Assembly: GCA_965248445.1 (NCBI GenBank)
Contig: CBDFJG010000003.1
Coordinates: forward strand, 864,001 to 928,000
Source: Planctomycetota bacterium
GTDB taxonomy: Bacteria; Planctomycetota; JAJSAM01; JAJVHW01
Length of the DNA stretch: 64,000 bases
Direction of reading: 5' to 3'
Of this stretch, positions 21,311 through 31,646 are shown piece after piece. Made by a program: the position numbers and the translations under genes. A model generated the notes under the pieces. That model saw only the letters and a list, made by a program, of their open reading frames with translations, did not search any database and was not told where the DNA came from. How positions within the stretch are numbered: position 1 is the stretch's first letter; each line of letters opens with the position of its first letter.

Positions 21311-22979
21311 CCGCATCTGTTCACGAGACGTCGCGATGACGGTGCTTTCGGAGTCCACAGGGTCAGATCTTGGCCAGGCGAGGGCGGATGCTGTCGTCGT
21401 TGCCACAAGGGCAACGCGAGTGAGCGGCCGAAACGGCGCGGATTCTGCGGTGTGGGCAGACCGTAGGCCGGGCGGTGGTGTGGCGGACGGCGCGGCGGGA
21501 CGTCAGGTCGGCTTCGGGGATGCCAGCAGTCGTTGCGCGCAGCGCTCGAAGACGTGCTGCCAGGGCCACGACGAGGACATCGAGACCCAGATCCGGCGCG
21601 TCGTGATCCGCACGAGCGCGCCGATCTTGAGCAGCCGCAGGCGGATCGTGCCGGCTTGCGCACGCGCCATCTCGGTGCCGGCGAGACCGATGCGTCGCAG
21701 CGCACAGGTCAGGACGTAGGCCATGGCCGACATGGCCATCCGCACGGCGTTGCCCTGCATCGTGTGCACCGACAGACGGGTGCCGAAGAGCTCGAGCTGC
21801 TGCTCCTTGATGCGATTCTCCGCCTCGCCCCGGGCGCAGTAGAGCTGCTCGTAGAGACGCTTGCTGCTCCAGCTACGAGGCGGCAGATTGGTCACCACGA
21901 AGCGGGGATTGCGCTTGCCGCCCGGCAGGTGCTCGGCCTTGGCGACCACGCGACGCCTCTGGCTCCAGCTCCCCAGCGTGGTCCAGGCAAAGTCGCGAAA
22001 GACCCGGGCTGCTCGGCCGGTCTGCACGGCACGGGCTGCGGCCTCATCGAGCGCGTCTTCGACGTGTCGCTCAAGGCGCTCATTGCGCGCCATGCCCAGC
22101 AGGTAGAAGTGGCCGGCGGCCTCGCACCAGGCCATCAGCTCCTCGCGGCAAAAGCCCGAGTCTGCGCGCACGAGCACCTTGGCCCGGGGCCAGCGGCGCC
22201 GCAGACGTAAGACCAGCGCACGGAGCTCGTCCACGACTCCGCGCGCGGGATCTCTGTCAGCGGTCTGGAGCCGAGCGAGCAAGAGGTGCTCGCCGCAGAA
22301 GACGTACAGCGGCAGGTAGCAGTAGTGCCCGTAGTAGCCGTGGAAGAAGCGGCCCTCCTGCCGGCCGTGCAGCCGCACGTCGGAGTGGTCCAGGTCCAGC
22401 ACGAGCAGGCCCGGATCCTCCGGCCCCATGGCCTCGCAGAAGACGTCGCTGAGCACGCTGTCCACGCGCTCCTGGTCCATCTCGATCTTGGCGTAGCGCG
22501 TCTGTGCCGTGGCGCCGAGCTGCGTGGTCTCGAGCCGCGAGAGCGTCGGGTGCGTGGCCAGAGCACCCTCGCGCTTGCCGCACGCCGCGGCAAACAGCGG
22601 GTCCTTGCCGACATGGTCGTGGTCCACCAGATCCTCGTAGCCCGCGCACAGCCCGAAGACCCGCTGACGCAGCATCTGGCCGACCGTGTGCTCGACCCGA
22701 CGCGGGTCCCGGTGGTCCCCGAAGCAGCGCGCAAACCGCGAGAGCAGATCGATGCGACGATCGGTCCGCTCGAGCAGCAGCACGCCCCCGTCGCTCGTCA
22801 CGGTACCGGCGTCGAAGCGCGTCACCGCGGTGCGTCCACAGATGCCCGCGAAGAGGGTCCCCTGCGGGCTACAGTCTGTCGTCATCGGGCCGGCGCTCCT
22901 GTCGGTGCAAGTACTAGCGAGTACGAGCACTTAGACAGACGACGGCCCGCTCAGATTCCCGGCTGGTGAACGATTCGGG
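21311..22979 (-). mobile_element. IS1380-family element, copy 2, 1669 bp
   Basis: Same ends as copy 1; TSD CTAA at 21307-10 and 22980-83. Confidence 0.92.
21503..22885 (-). CDS. IS1380 transposase
   Basis: Protein identical to copy 1 in the ORF track. Confidence 0.92.
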   Translation of the reverse strand: MTTDCSPQGTLFAGICGRTAVTRFDAGTVTSDGGVLLLERTDRRIDLLSRFARCFGDHRDPRRVEHTVGQMLRQRVFGLCAGYEDLVDHDHVGKDPLFAAACGKREGALATHPTLSRLETTQLGATAQTRYAKIEMDQERVDSVLSDVFCEAMGPEDPGLLVLDLDHSDVRLHGRQEGRFFHGYYGHYCYLPLYVFCGEHLLLARLQTADRDPARGVVDELRALVLRLRRRWPRAKVLVRADSGFCREELMAWCEAAGHFYLLGMARNERLERHVEDALDEAAARAVQTGRAARVFRDFAWTTLGSWSQRRRVVAKAEHLPGGKRNPRFVVTNLPPRSWSSKRLYEQLYCARGEAENRIKEQQLELFGTRLSVHTMQGNAVRMAMSAMAYVLTCALRRIGLAGTEMARAQAGTIRLRLLKIGALVRITTRRIWVSMSSSWPWQHVFERCAQRLLASPKPT

Positions 22980-23569
22980 CTAACTGTCACGGCTGGCATC
23001 GGCGGCACGAACTCGATGTGCGCGGCTTCGTGCATGACCTCGGTAATCTGCGCCGTGTGGCACTGGGCGGAGAGGATCAGACCGATCGAGTCCTTGAGCT
23101 TAGGTGGGTCATCTTCCCAGTCTTGCACTACGGAAGCGAAGCGATCGAAGTGACCCTCTCCGGCGGCGGCTCCGGCGGCAGGGGCAGTTCGTGTCTTGAA
23201 CTCGCCTGATAGCGGGTTCAAGACGTGGACCGTCGTGACTTTTGAAATCGCGATGGGGAGCGTTCGACCAGACGGGGCGAGTCTTGGGTCACTCATGGCG
23301 CTCGCAGGCCCCGTGCCCATCACGGCGGCCCTGTCCGAGCAGGGTGCCGCTGGCTTCTCAGCTTCTCATGGGTACCCTCGTGACGGGAGTAGAGATCAAC
23401 AAGGACCTCCCACTCTCCAGACGTCTTCGTCTCGCGATCAGTGTTCTCTTCCGCAAGTCCGTAGACAGTTGGCGCGAGCACGCCGAGGACCACCAATAGA
23501 CTCCGTGGATTGCACAGCTTCATCGTTACCTCCCGTGTAACACCGAGTGTATGGGACCCTTACTGAGCG

Positions 23570-24110
23570 TCAAGGCCGGCGTCCGGCAAGCGAGGGCGGC
23601 TCGACGGAGAGCGTATACGTGAGTCCGGAGAGCATGAGAACCGTGATCGTCCCGTCTGACACGCGCACGCTATCGATTGCAGAGTCCGCGACCGGATCGC
23701 GCCGAACCCGAGCGAACAGGGCAACCAGGCTGTTCGGGACGAAGCCATCGACTGGGTCAGCAGGCAACACGACCCTGAGATCAGAGACACCATTCAGCTT
23801 CGTGAGGTCGATGGCGATGAGCGCCATATCCAGTCCACCCGCGGTCGGCTCGCCGATGTGAGCGTTCGCGCCGGCGACGAGATAGTCACCATCGACCGCG
23901 ATCTGGTCGATCCAGCCGTTGTGCCAGATGGTCGCTACGCTTCGAAGCTCGTCACGGCGCTCGGCGCTGACGATCACGAGAGCGGACGGCGAGAACAGCG
24001 CCCGGACGGCGAACGCCAAGTAACGCTTGTCGTCTCGCACGAACGAGACGATCGATCCGGTGACAACCTCCTGAGCGGAGACCCGCGTCTTCCCGGTTCG
24101 ACTGTCGAGG
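23570..24110 (-). pseudogene. C-terminal fragment of a hypothetical protein
   Basis: Protein-like segment (ATIWHNGWIDQIAVDGD...); the 5' extension is antisense to the recombinase fragment, so no credible start. Confidence 0.4.
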
Positions 24111-24116
24111 TACGGC

Positions 24117-24380
24117 GTGTCGCTGCCCACTTCCACTGGGCGCCTCCTTGCCGGGATCTTGGCCAGTGTCGCTGTCTGGGAGTGCGACATCCTCCGCGAA
24201 CGCACTCGCGCCGGCCTCGCTGCCGCCAAGAAGCGTGGTTCGCGCGTCGGCACCGCTCCCTACGGCGCGCGCTGGACTGACCGCGGCCTGGCGCCCGTGT
24301 ACCCGAAGTCGCCGCTCTCCGCCGCGCGCGGGCGCTCCACGGGTTGCTTGGTCGATGGGTCGACGTTGCCGATCGCATGA
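24117..24380 (+). pseudogene. Serine recombinase fragment
   Basis: TSTGRLLAGILASVAVWECDILRERTRAGLAAAKKRG...GTAPYG matches the resolvase helix-E consensus; the catalytic YxRxS N-terminus is absent. Confidence 0.7.
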
Positions 24381-24508
24381 CCGCCGACGGATACCGAACT
24401 CGGTCCGGTACGCCTTGGCTGCGCAACGCGCTCGCCAGGTGCACCAAGAACCTGCGCGTGCAGCCGTTCCTTGCAGAGGCTGTTTCCGCATGAGCACCAG
24501 CGAGGCGC

Positions 24509-24773
24509 GTCCGACGAACAACGCCGCCGAGCGCGCGGTCCGCAAAGCGGTGCTCTGGCGCAAGGGCTCCTTCGGAAGCCAGTCCGCTCGCGGACTCCGC
24601 TTCGCCGAGCGCGTGTTGACCGCCGCGGCCACGCTGCGACGCCGTGGCGACCAAGTCTTCGACTTCCTCGCCGACTCGGTCGCCGCGCACCTCACCGGCG
24701 CCGACCCGCCCGTCATGGTCCCGCTGCCCCTCGCACGCTGAGGCTCACACGCTGTCAAGGGGTGAACGGTTAC
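24509..24773 (+). mobile_element. 265-bp IS66 derivative (right end only) flanked by an 8-bp direct repeat
   Basis: Matches the IS66 3' end from GTCCGACGAACAAC to ...GGTTAC; CGAGGCGC at 24501-08 and 24774-81. Confidence 0.85.
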
Positions 24774-25159
24774 CGAGGCGCTGTCGGTCGCCGGTGCCGG
24801 CACGCCTCATCTCACCCGTTCTGCCGGCGAGAGGGAGGATGAGATGACAACAACGATGGAGACTCCGCGTGCGGCGCGACCAGAGTGGAATCCGCGATGG
24901 CTCACCTGGGCGCGCGTCCATGAGGGGCTGACAGTCCCGCAGGTCGCCGAGCGTGCGAGTGTCGATGTAGCGGCCGTCAACGCGGCCGAGCGCACCGGAG
25001 ACGGCACGAGCGACGAGGAGACCGCGATCCGGCTCGCACTGGATCCAGAGAGCATCATCGAGACATTCCGAGACGAGTGGGGCAAACCGGCGAGCGAGGC
25101 CGCCCGTGCCCGACTCCGGGCGATCCTCTGTGTGAAGGGAATTGACCTGGCGGAACTAG

Positions 25160-26828
25160 CCGCATCTGTTCACGAGACGTCGCGATGACGGTGCTTTCGG
25201 AGTCCACAGGGTCAGATCTTGGCCAGGCGAGGGCGGATGCTGTCGTCGTTGCCACAAGGGCAACGCGAGTGAGCGGCCGAAACGGCGCGGATTCTGCGGT
25301 GTGGGCAGACCGTAGGCCGGGCGGTGGTGTGGCGGACGGCGCGGCGGGACGTCAGGTCGGCTTCGGGGATGCCAGCAGTCGTTGCGCGCAGCGCTCGAAG
25401 ACGTGCTGCCAGGGCCACGACGAGGACATCGAGACCCAGATCCGGCGCGTCGTGATCCGCACGAGCGCGCCGATCTTGAGCAGCCGCAGGCGGATCGTGC
25501 CGGCTTGCGCACGCGCCATCTCGGTGCCGGCGAGACCGATGCGTCGCAGCGCACAGGTCAGGACGTAGGCCATGGCCGACATGGCCATCCGCACGGCGTT
25601 GCCCTGCATCGTGTGCACCGACAGACGGGTGCCGAAGAGCTCGAGCTGCTGCTCCTTGATGCGATTCTCCGCCTCGCCCCGGGCGCAGTAGAGCTGCTCG
25701 TAGAGACGCTTGCTGCTCCAGCTACGAGGCGGCAGATTGGTCACCACGAAGCGGGGATTGCGCTTGCCGCCCGGCAGGTGCTCGGCCTTGGCGACCACGC
25801 GACGCCTCTGGCTCCAGCTCCCCAGCGTGGTCCAGGCAAAGTCGCGAAAGACCCGGGCTGCTCGGCCGGTCTGCACGGCACGGGCTGCGGCCTCATCGAG
25901 CGCGTCTTCGACGTGTCGCTCAAGGCGCTCATTGCGCGCCATGCCCAGCAGGTAGAAGTGGCCGGCGGCCTCGCACCAGGCCATCAGCTCCTCGCGGCAA
26001 AAGCCCGAGTCTGCGCGCACGAGCACCTTGGCCCGGGGCCAGCGGCGCCGCAGACGTAAGACCAGCGCACGGAGCTCGTCCACGACTCCGCGCGCGGGAT
26101 CTCTGTCAGCGGTCTGGAGCCGAGCGAGCAAGAGGTGCTCGCCGCAGAAGACGTACAGCGGCAGGTAGCAGTAGTGCCCGTAGTAGCCGTGGAAGAAGCG
26201 GCCCTCCTGCCGGCCGTGCAGCCGCACGTCGGAGTGGTCCAGGTCCAGCACGAGCAGGCCCGGATCCTCCGGCCCCATGGCCTCGCAGAAGACGTCGCTG
26301 AGCACGCTGTCCACGCGCTCCTGGTCCATCTCGATCTTGGCGTAGCGCGTCTGTGCCGTGGCGCCGAGCTGCGTGGTCTCGAGCCGCGAGAGCGTCGGGT
26401 GCGTGGCCAGAGCACCCTCGCGCTTGCCGCACGCCGCGGCAAACAGCGGGTCCTTGCCGACATGGTCGTGGTCCACCAGATCCTCGTAGCCCGCGCACAG
26501 CCCGAAGACCCGCTGACGCAGCATCTGGCCGACCGTGTGCTCGACCCGACGCGGGTCCCGGTGGTCCCCGAAGCAGCGCGCAAACCGCGAGAGCAGATCG
26601 ATGCGACGATCGACCCGCTCGAGCAGCAGCACGCCCCCGTCGCTCGTCACGGTACCGGCGTCGAAGCGCGTCACCGCGGTGCGTCCACAGATGCCCGCGA
26701 AGAGGGTCCCCTGCGGGCTACAGTCTGTCGTCATCGGGCCGGCGCTCCTGTCGGTGCAAGTACTAGCGAGTACGAGCACTTAGACAGACGACGGCCCGCT
26801 CAGATTCCCGGCTGGTGAACGATTCGGG
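25160..26828 (-). mobile_element. IS1380-family element, copy 3, 1669 bp
   Basis: Same ends; TSD CTAG at 25156-59 and 26829-32. Confidence 0.92.
25352..26734 (-). CDS. IS1380 transposase
   Basis: Differs from copies 1 and 2 by ERVDRR versus ERTDRR. Confidence 0.92.
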   Translation of the reverse strand: MTTDCSPQGTLFAGICGRTAVTRFDAGTVTSDGGVLLLERVDRRIDLLSRFARCFGDHRDPRRVEHTVGQMLRQRVFGLCAGYEDLVDHDHVGKDPLFAAACGKREGALATHPTLSRLETTQLGATAQTRYAKIEMDQERVDSVLSDVFCEAMGPEDPGLLVLDLDHSDVRLHGRQEGRFFHGYYGHYCYLPLYVFCGEHLLLARLQTADRDPARGVVDELRALVLRLRRRWPRAKVLVRADSGFCREELMAWCEAAGHFYLLGMARNERLERHVEDALDEAAARAVQTGRAARVFRDFAWTTLGSWSQRRRVVAKAEHLPGGKRNPRFVVTNLPPRSWSSKRLYEQLYCARGEAENRIKEQQLELFGTRLSVHTMQGNAVRMAMSAMAYVLTCALRRIGLAGTEMARAQAGTIRLRLLKIGALVRITTRRIWVSMSSSWPWQHVFERCAQRLLASPKPT

Positions 26829-27935
26829 CTAGCTCGGCGCACCGAGATCCCCGCGGACTTCCTCGCTTTCCACGTCGAGGAGGGTGCGCGCCTCAGCGTT
26901 GACGAGTCATCGTGCATCATCGAGCAACTGGGCTTCGGCGACGAGCTCTGGCGCGACGTGATGTACTACCTGGCGGGGCGTGACCACACGCTCCCACCCG
27001 AGCGTCGGCCAGTCCGGGTGGGGGAGATCCTCGGACTTGAACCGGCCACACCAGCGCGGGCGCGGGGACGTGCTCTGGTGCGCGACAAGGGAGCGTTCCG
27101 CCGCTTCCTGCGCGACGCCGGATGGACGCGCATGAGGTTCTTCTACGACCCGGTGTTCACGAACGCGCACGAGGCATACGACGGGTGCGTCAAGTTCAAG
27201 CACCTCTCGTCGATGCTCGAGGGTGGCGAGATCAGCACACGGGCCGCGTCGGCGATGTGCAGGACATTCGAACGCCCGTGGGGCGATCAGTTCCGCGACG
27301 TTGGCGTGTGGTCTTTCGACGGGACATCGCTCGGACTCCAACGCGCCGCGTACTTCATCTCAGACGACGAGTTCGTCGCTGCGTGTGGCCTGGATCGCGC
27401 CACACTCGCGAGGATCGAGGGTCCCGAACTCGGCGACGTGCCCCTGCGCGACTTGACGACGTATGCAGCAGCGATGCATCCGGAATCGAGCGGCTACCGC
27501 GCGCTCCAGGCGTTCGTCGGAGACATGTACTCGGTAGTTCGGTCGGGGGTGCCGGACGACGCGGGCACCGCGGCGGTCGATGACCTCCGCGAGCTGAGCC
27601 GAAGAGTGGCGCACGCCATCTCGGAGGACATCCATCCGAACGACGCAGAGGTGTGGTGGCGGGCTGTCACTGGAGCGATCAACGGTCTCGCGGTCTCGAC
27701 AAGACCCTGCCCGCACCGACGCTCACCGCGGTCCTTGCGCCCATCGGTGGCGTGTCCTGACAGCCGCTAATCGCATCCGGCGCACATGTGACTGACGCCC
27801 GCGCAGGGAAGGTCTCTGCCGGGTTCTCTCTCTCTCGCGGCGTCGGCGCCCCCACGCGCCGGCGTCGCAACTAGGAGCCTTGATCAATGACAGCAGAACC
27901 GACACCTGACCCCGCGCCGATCGCCGATCTACGAG

Positions 27936-28331
27936 ATGGCGCGCTACCGCGAACGACGCCAGTTCGCTCCCCGCAAGTTGAGCGAGCATCGCAAGGCGCG
28001 ACGCCTCAGCCAGTACGACCTCGGCAAGCTCGTCCGCGAGCAGCGCCCCGACTGTCATGCGGCGCGCTTCGTCAGCCAAGCGATCGTCGCGGCGTGCGAA
28101 CAGGGCGCGATCGTGCCCGACGCGAACTTGCTGCTGACGTTCGCCGCCGTGCTCGAGGTCCCGCTGGATGACCTGACGATGCGGCTGCCGCCGATCGCGC
28201 CGCCAGCCGACCTGCGTGACGACACCGAGGAGATGCAGCTCTGGAAGGCGGCTGGCGTCCAGGTGCGCGCTTCGGTCGAGGCGACGCTGGTGCGGGCGGA
28301 GAGCGAGGACGAGCCGAAGCGGGCGGCGTGA
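27936..28331 (+). CDS. XRE-family HTH regulator
   Basis: LSEHRKARRLSQYDLGKLV...EQGAIVPDANLLLTFAAVLEVPLDDL. Confidence 0.75.
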   Translation: MARYRERRQFAPRKLSEHRKARRLSQYDLGKLVREQRPDCHAARFVSQAIVAACEQGAIVPDANLLLTFAAVLEVPLDDLTMRLPPIAPPADLRDDTEEMQLWKAAGVQVRASVEATLVRAESEDEPKRAA

Positions 28332-28890
28332 TCGTCGGCGGCTTCGGGCGTCGCCGCCCGCACACACGTCGGGGATACGCGATAGCTTCTCGGTGCGTGC
28401 GTGGCGCGCGACAGCAGCGCGACCAGCCGGAAAGCTACTTCGGAGCACTCCTCTTAAGCAGCGCCAGCACATCGGACTCCAACTGCGCGATGTCGTGGGA
28501 GTCAGGGCTCGGCTCGGACTCGAGGTCCACGACCCGAAGACAGATCCCGAACGTCGCCCGCTGCTCGAGCCGCTCCAGGACCTTCGCAGTCGGCTCCTCG
28601 CCGTGGACCGCAGCCCAGTGCTCGCACCACCGGACACGGGCGGCCTCTCGTCGAGCTCCAGCTCCTTGGCGCTCATCCAGGCGAGGGTAGCCGAAACCAA
28701 GAAACACAACGGCTCAACTCGTTTGATACTCCGACCGACCTACGGGTCCTGCGTTTGCGTTCCCGTGAGTGCTCAGCCCCGCACGACGGCTCCGTGCTTC
28801 GCCATCGGCTCAATCCAGCGACTCAGCCGCGCGTCCAGCGCGATGCCGCCGGCCGTGATGGGACGCTCTCGTGGCGCCGCTCCTCGGTCG

Positions 28891-30146
28891 GTAACCGTTC
28901 ACCCCTTCGTCGCGAGCCAGGATCCAGATCGTTCGGCCATCGGTCGATCAAGATGTTGTGGGCGAGCGGCAGGACGAGGATCTGCGGGCGATGGTCGAGG
29001 GCCTTCTGGCCTGGATCGAGGAGCTGGAGCGTCGCGAAGCGAAGCATCTGCGCCGCATCGACGAGCTCGAGTCGCGTCTGAAGCGTGACTCCCGCAACAG
29101 CTCGAGGCCTCCGTCGTCGGACCCGGCGTGGTCCAAGCGCCGTCGCGGCCGAAGGCCGCGTAGCGGTCGCAAGCAGGGCGGACAGCCGGGCCATGAGGGC
29201 ACGGCGCGCGAGCTGGTGGATCCGTCCAACGTCGATGAGACCAAGGAGCACCGTCCCGACCTCTGCGACGCGTGCGGACACGACGATCTCGAGCAGGGCA
29301 TCGGCGATCCGTACCGGCACCAGGTGACGGTGCTCCCGCGCGTGCTCGTCACGGTGCGGGAGCACCGGCTGCACAAGGCGCGGTGCCGGCGCTGTCGTGC
29401 GGTCACGACGGCGGTCCTGCCCGATGGCGTGCCGACCGGGGCCTTCGGTCCGCGGCTGACCACACTTGCCGGCGCGCTGCGCGGCGTGTACCGCGTGAGC
29501 GTGCGGGAGACGCAGCGGCTGCTCGGTGAGATCTTCGGTGTGAAGATGTCGCTGGGCAAGATCAGCGACTGTGAGCGTCGGCTCAGTGACGCTCTGCACT
29601 CGTCGTACCTCGAAGCCCTCGGGGCAGTCCGCACGTCGCTGCGAGCCAACGTGGACGAGACGTCGTGGAAGGAACGGGGCCGGGTGTGCTGGCTGTGGGC
29701 GGCGGAGAGCGAGCACGCCACAGCCTTCGGGATCGATCGCCGCCGCAGTGCCAAGGCGAAAGGGCGGCTGATCGGGCGGCGCTTCGGTGGCACGGTGATC
29801 AGCGACCGGATGGGTGCCTACGAGTCACACCCACTTGCCCGCCGCCAGCTCTGCTGGGCGCACATCGAGCGCGCCTTCCGTGCGCTGGCCGAAGGCCCGC
29901 GAGGACATCGCCGCTTCGGCAACAAGGGCGTCATGATCGCGCAGTCGGTCATGCGCAGCTACCGGCTCTTCGGTGAGCACGGCGACCGTGACCGGCTGCA
30001 AGGCGAAGCCGCTGTGCTGCGCGGACGGCTCGAGCGACTGATCGCGAACGACGACTCGGCTCTGGCCAACCATCTGCGCCCCCGCGTGGTCGCCCTCTTC
30101 ACCTATGCGCGGACCCAGGACGTGAGTCCGACGAACAACGCCGCCG
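28891..30146 (+). mobile_element. IS66 copy 2, 3'-truncated (transposase from 28958)
   Basis: Left IR at 28891; sequence breaks at the TNNAA codons where copy 3 begins. Confidence 0.9.
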
Positions 30147-31646
30147 GTAACCGTTCACCCCTTGACAGCGTGTGAGCCTCAGCGTGCGACGGGCAGCGGG
30201 ACCATGACGGGCGGGTCGGCGCCGGTGAGGTGCGCGGCGACCGAGTCGGCGAGGAAGTCGAAGACTTGGTCGCCACGGCGTCGCAGCGTGGCCGCGGCGG
30301 TCAACACGCGCTCGGCGAAGCGGAGTCCGCGAGCGGACTGGCTTCCGAAGGAGCCCTTGCGCCAGAGCACCGCTTTGCGGACCGCGCGCTCGGCGGCGTT
30401 GTTCGTCGGACTCACGTCCTGGGTCCGCGCATAGGTGAAGAGGGCGACTACGCGGGGGCGCAGATGGTTGGCCAGAGCCGAGTCGTCGTTCGCGATCAGT
30501 CGCTCGAGCCGTCCGCGCAGCACAGCGGCTTCGCCTTGCAGCCGGTCACGGTCGCCGTGCTCACCGAAGAGCCGGTAGCTGCGCATGACCGACTGCGCGA
30601 TCATGACGCCCTTGTTGCCGAAGCGGCGATGTCCTCGCGGGCCTTCGGCCAGCGCACGGAAGGCGCGCTCGATGTGCGCCCAGCAGAGCTGGCGGCGGGC
30701 AAGTGGGTGTGACTCGTAGGCACCCATCCGGTCGCTGATCACCGTGCCACCGAAGCGCCGCCCGATCAGCCGCCCTTTCGCCTTGGCACTGCGGCGGCGA
30801 TCGATCCCGAAGGCTGTGGCGTGCTCGCTCTCCGCCGCCCACAGCCAGCACACCCGGCCCCGTTCCTTCCACGACGTCTCGTCCACGTTGGCTCGCAGCG
30901 ACGTGCGGACTGCCCCGAGGGCTTCGAGGTACGACGAGTGCAGAGCGTCACTGAGCCGACGCTCACAGTCGCTGATCTTGCCCAGCGACATCTTCACACC
31001 GAAGATCTCACCGAGCAGCCGCTGCGTCTCCCGCACGCTCACGCGGTACACGCCGCGCAGCGCGCCGGCAAGTGTGGTCAGCCGCGGACCGAAGGCCCCG
31101 GTCGGCACGCCATCGGGCAGGACCGCCGTCGTGACCGCACGACAGCGCCGGCACCGCGCCTTGTGCAGCCGGTGCTCCCGCACCGTGACGAGCACGCGCG
31201 GGAGCACCGTCACCTGGTGCCGGTACGGATCGCCGATGCCCTGCTCGAGATCGTCGTGTCCGCACGCGTCGCAGAGGTCGGGACGGTGCTCCTTGGTCTC
31301 ATCGACGTTGGACGGATCCACCAGCTCGCGCGCCGTGCCCTCATGGCCCGGCTGTCCGCCCTGCTTGCGACCGCTACGCGGCCTTCGGCCGCGACGGCGC
31401 TTGGACCACGCCGGGTCCGACGACGGAGGCCTCGAGCTGTTGCGGGAGTCACGCTTCAGACGCGACTCGAGCTCGTCGATGCGGCGCAGATGCTTCGCTT
31501 CGCGACGCTCCAGCTCCTCGATCCAGGCCAGAAGGTCCTCGACCATCGCCCGCAGATCCTCGTCCTGCCGCTCGCCCACAACATCTTGATCGACCGATGG
31601 CCGAACGATCTGGATCCTGGCTCGCGACGAAGGGGTGAACGGTTAC
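30147..31646 (-). mobile_element. IS66 copy 3, complete, 1500 bp
   Basis: Both IRs present; flanks CGCCGCCG and GCGGCTGC do not match. Confidence 0.92.
30179..31579 (-). CDS. IS66 transposase (intact, 466 aa)
   Basis: Uninterrupted ORF with zinc-finger Cys residues and DET, QLCWAH and TNNAAER motifs. Confidence 0.92.
   Translation of the reverse strand: MGERQDEDLRAMVEDLLAWIEELERREAKHLRRIDELESRLKRDSRNSSRPPSSDPAWSKRRRGRRPRSGRKQGGQPGHEGTARELVDPSNVDETKEHRPDLCDACGHDDLEQGIGDPYRHQVTVLPRVLVTVREHRLHKARCRRCRAVTTAVLPDGVPTGAFGPRLTTLAGALRGVYRVSVRETQRLLGEIFGVKMSLGKISDCERRLSDALHSSYLEALGAVRTSLRANVDETSWKERGRVCWLWAAESEHATAFGIDRRRSAKAKGRLIGRRFGGTVISDRMGAYESHPLARRQLCWAHIERAFRALAEGPRGHRRFGNKGVMIAQSVMRSYRLFGEHGDRDRLQGEAAVLRGRLERLIANDDSALANHLRPRVVALFTYARTQDVSPTNNAAERAVRKAVLWRKGSFGSQSARGLRFAERVLTAAATLRRRGDQVFDFLADSVAAHLTGADPPVMVPLPVAR

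Larger units (their letters stand above)
20571..23523 (-). pseudogene. Secreted HExxH-containing protein interrupted by IS1380 copy 2, with probable 5' frameshift
   Basis: Removing the IS and one CTAA joins ...HEAAHIEFVPPMPAVTV to SLGDIPTQILNNALDLEMDFYW in frame; GGAGG RBS and signal-like N-terminus at 23523 lie in another frame. Confidence 0.6.
24844..27770 (+). pseudogene. Multi-HTH (XRE-like) protein interrupted by IS1380 copy 3
   Basis: GGAGG RBS; removing the IS joins ...GIDLAEL to ARRTEIPADFLAF...WRDVMYY in frame, 417 aa. Confidence 0.7.

Noticed and set aside
17436..22979. Composite transposon from inverted IS1380 copies 1 and 2
   Set aside because: Each copy has its own TSD, and copy 2 splits a gene that continues outside.
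28435..28800. Possible decayed GIY-YIG-like gene on the minus strand
   Set aside because: Only a weak VGRS resemblance next to a stop; not supportable.
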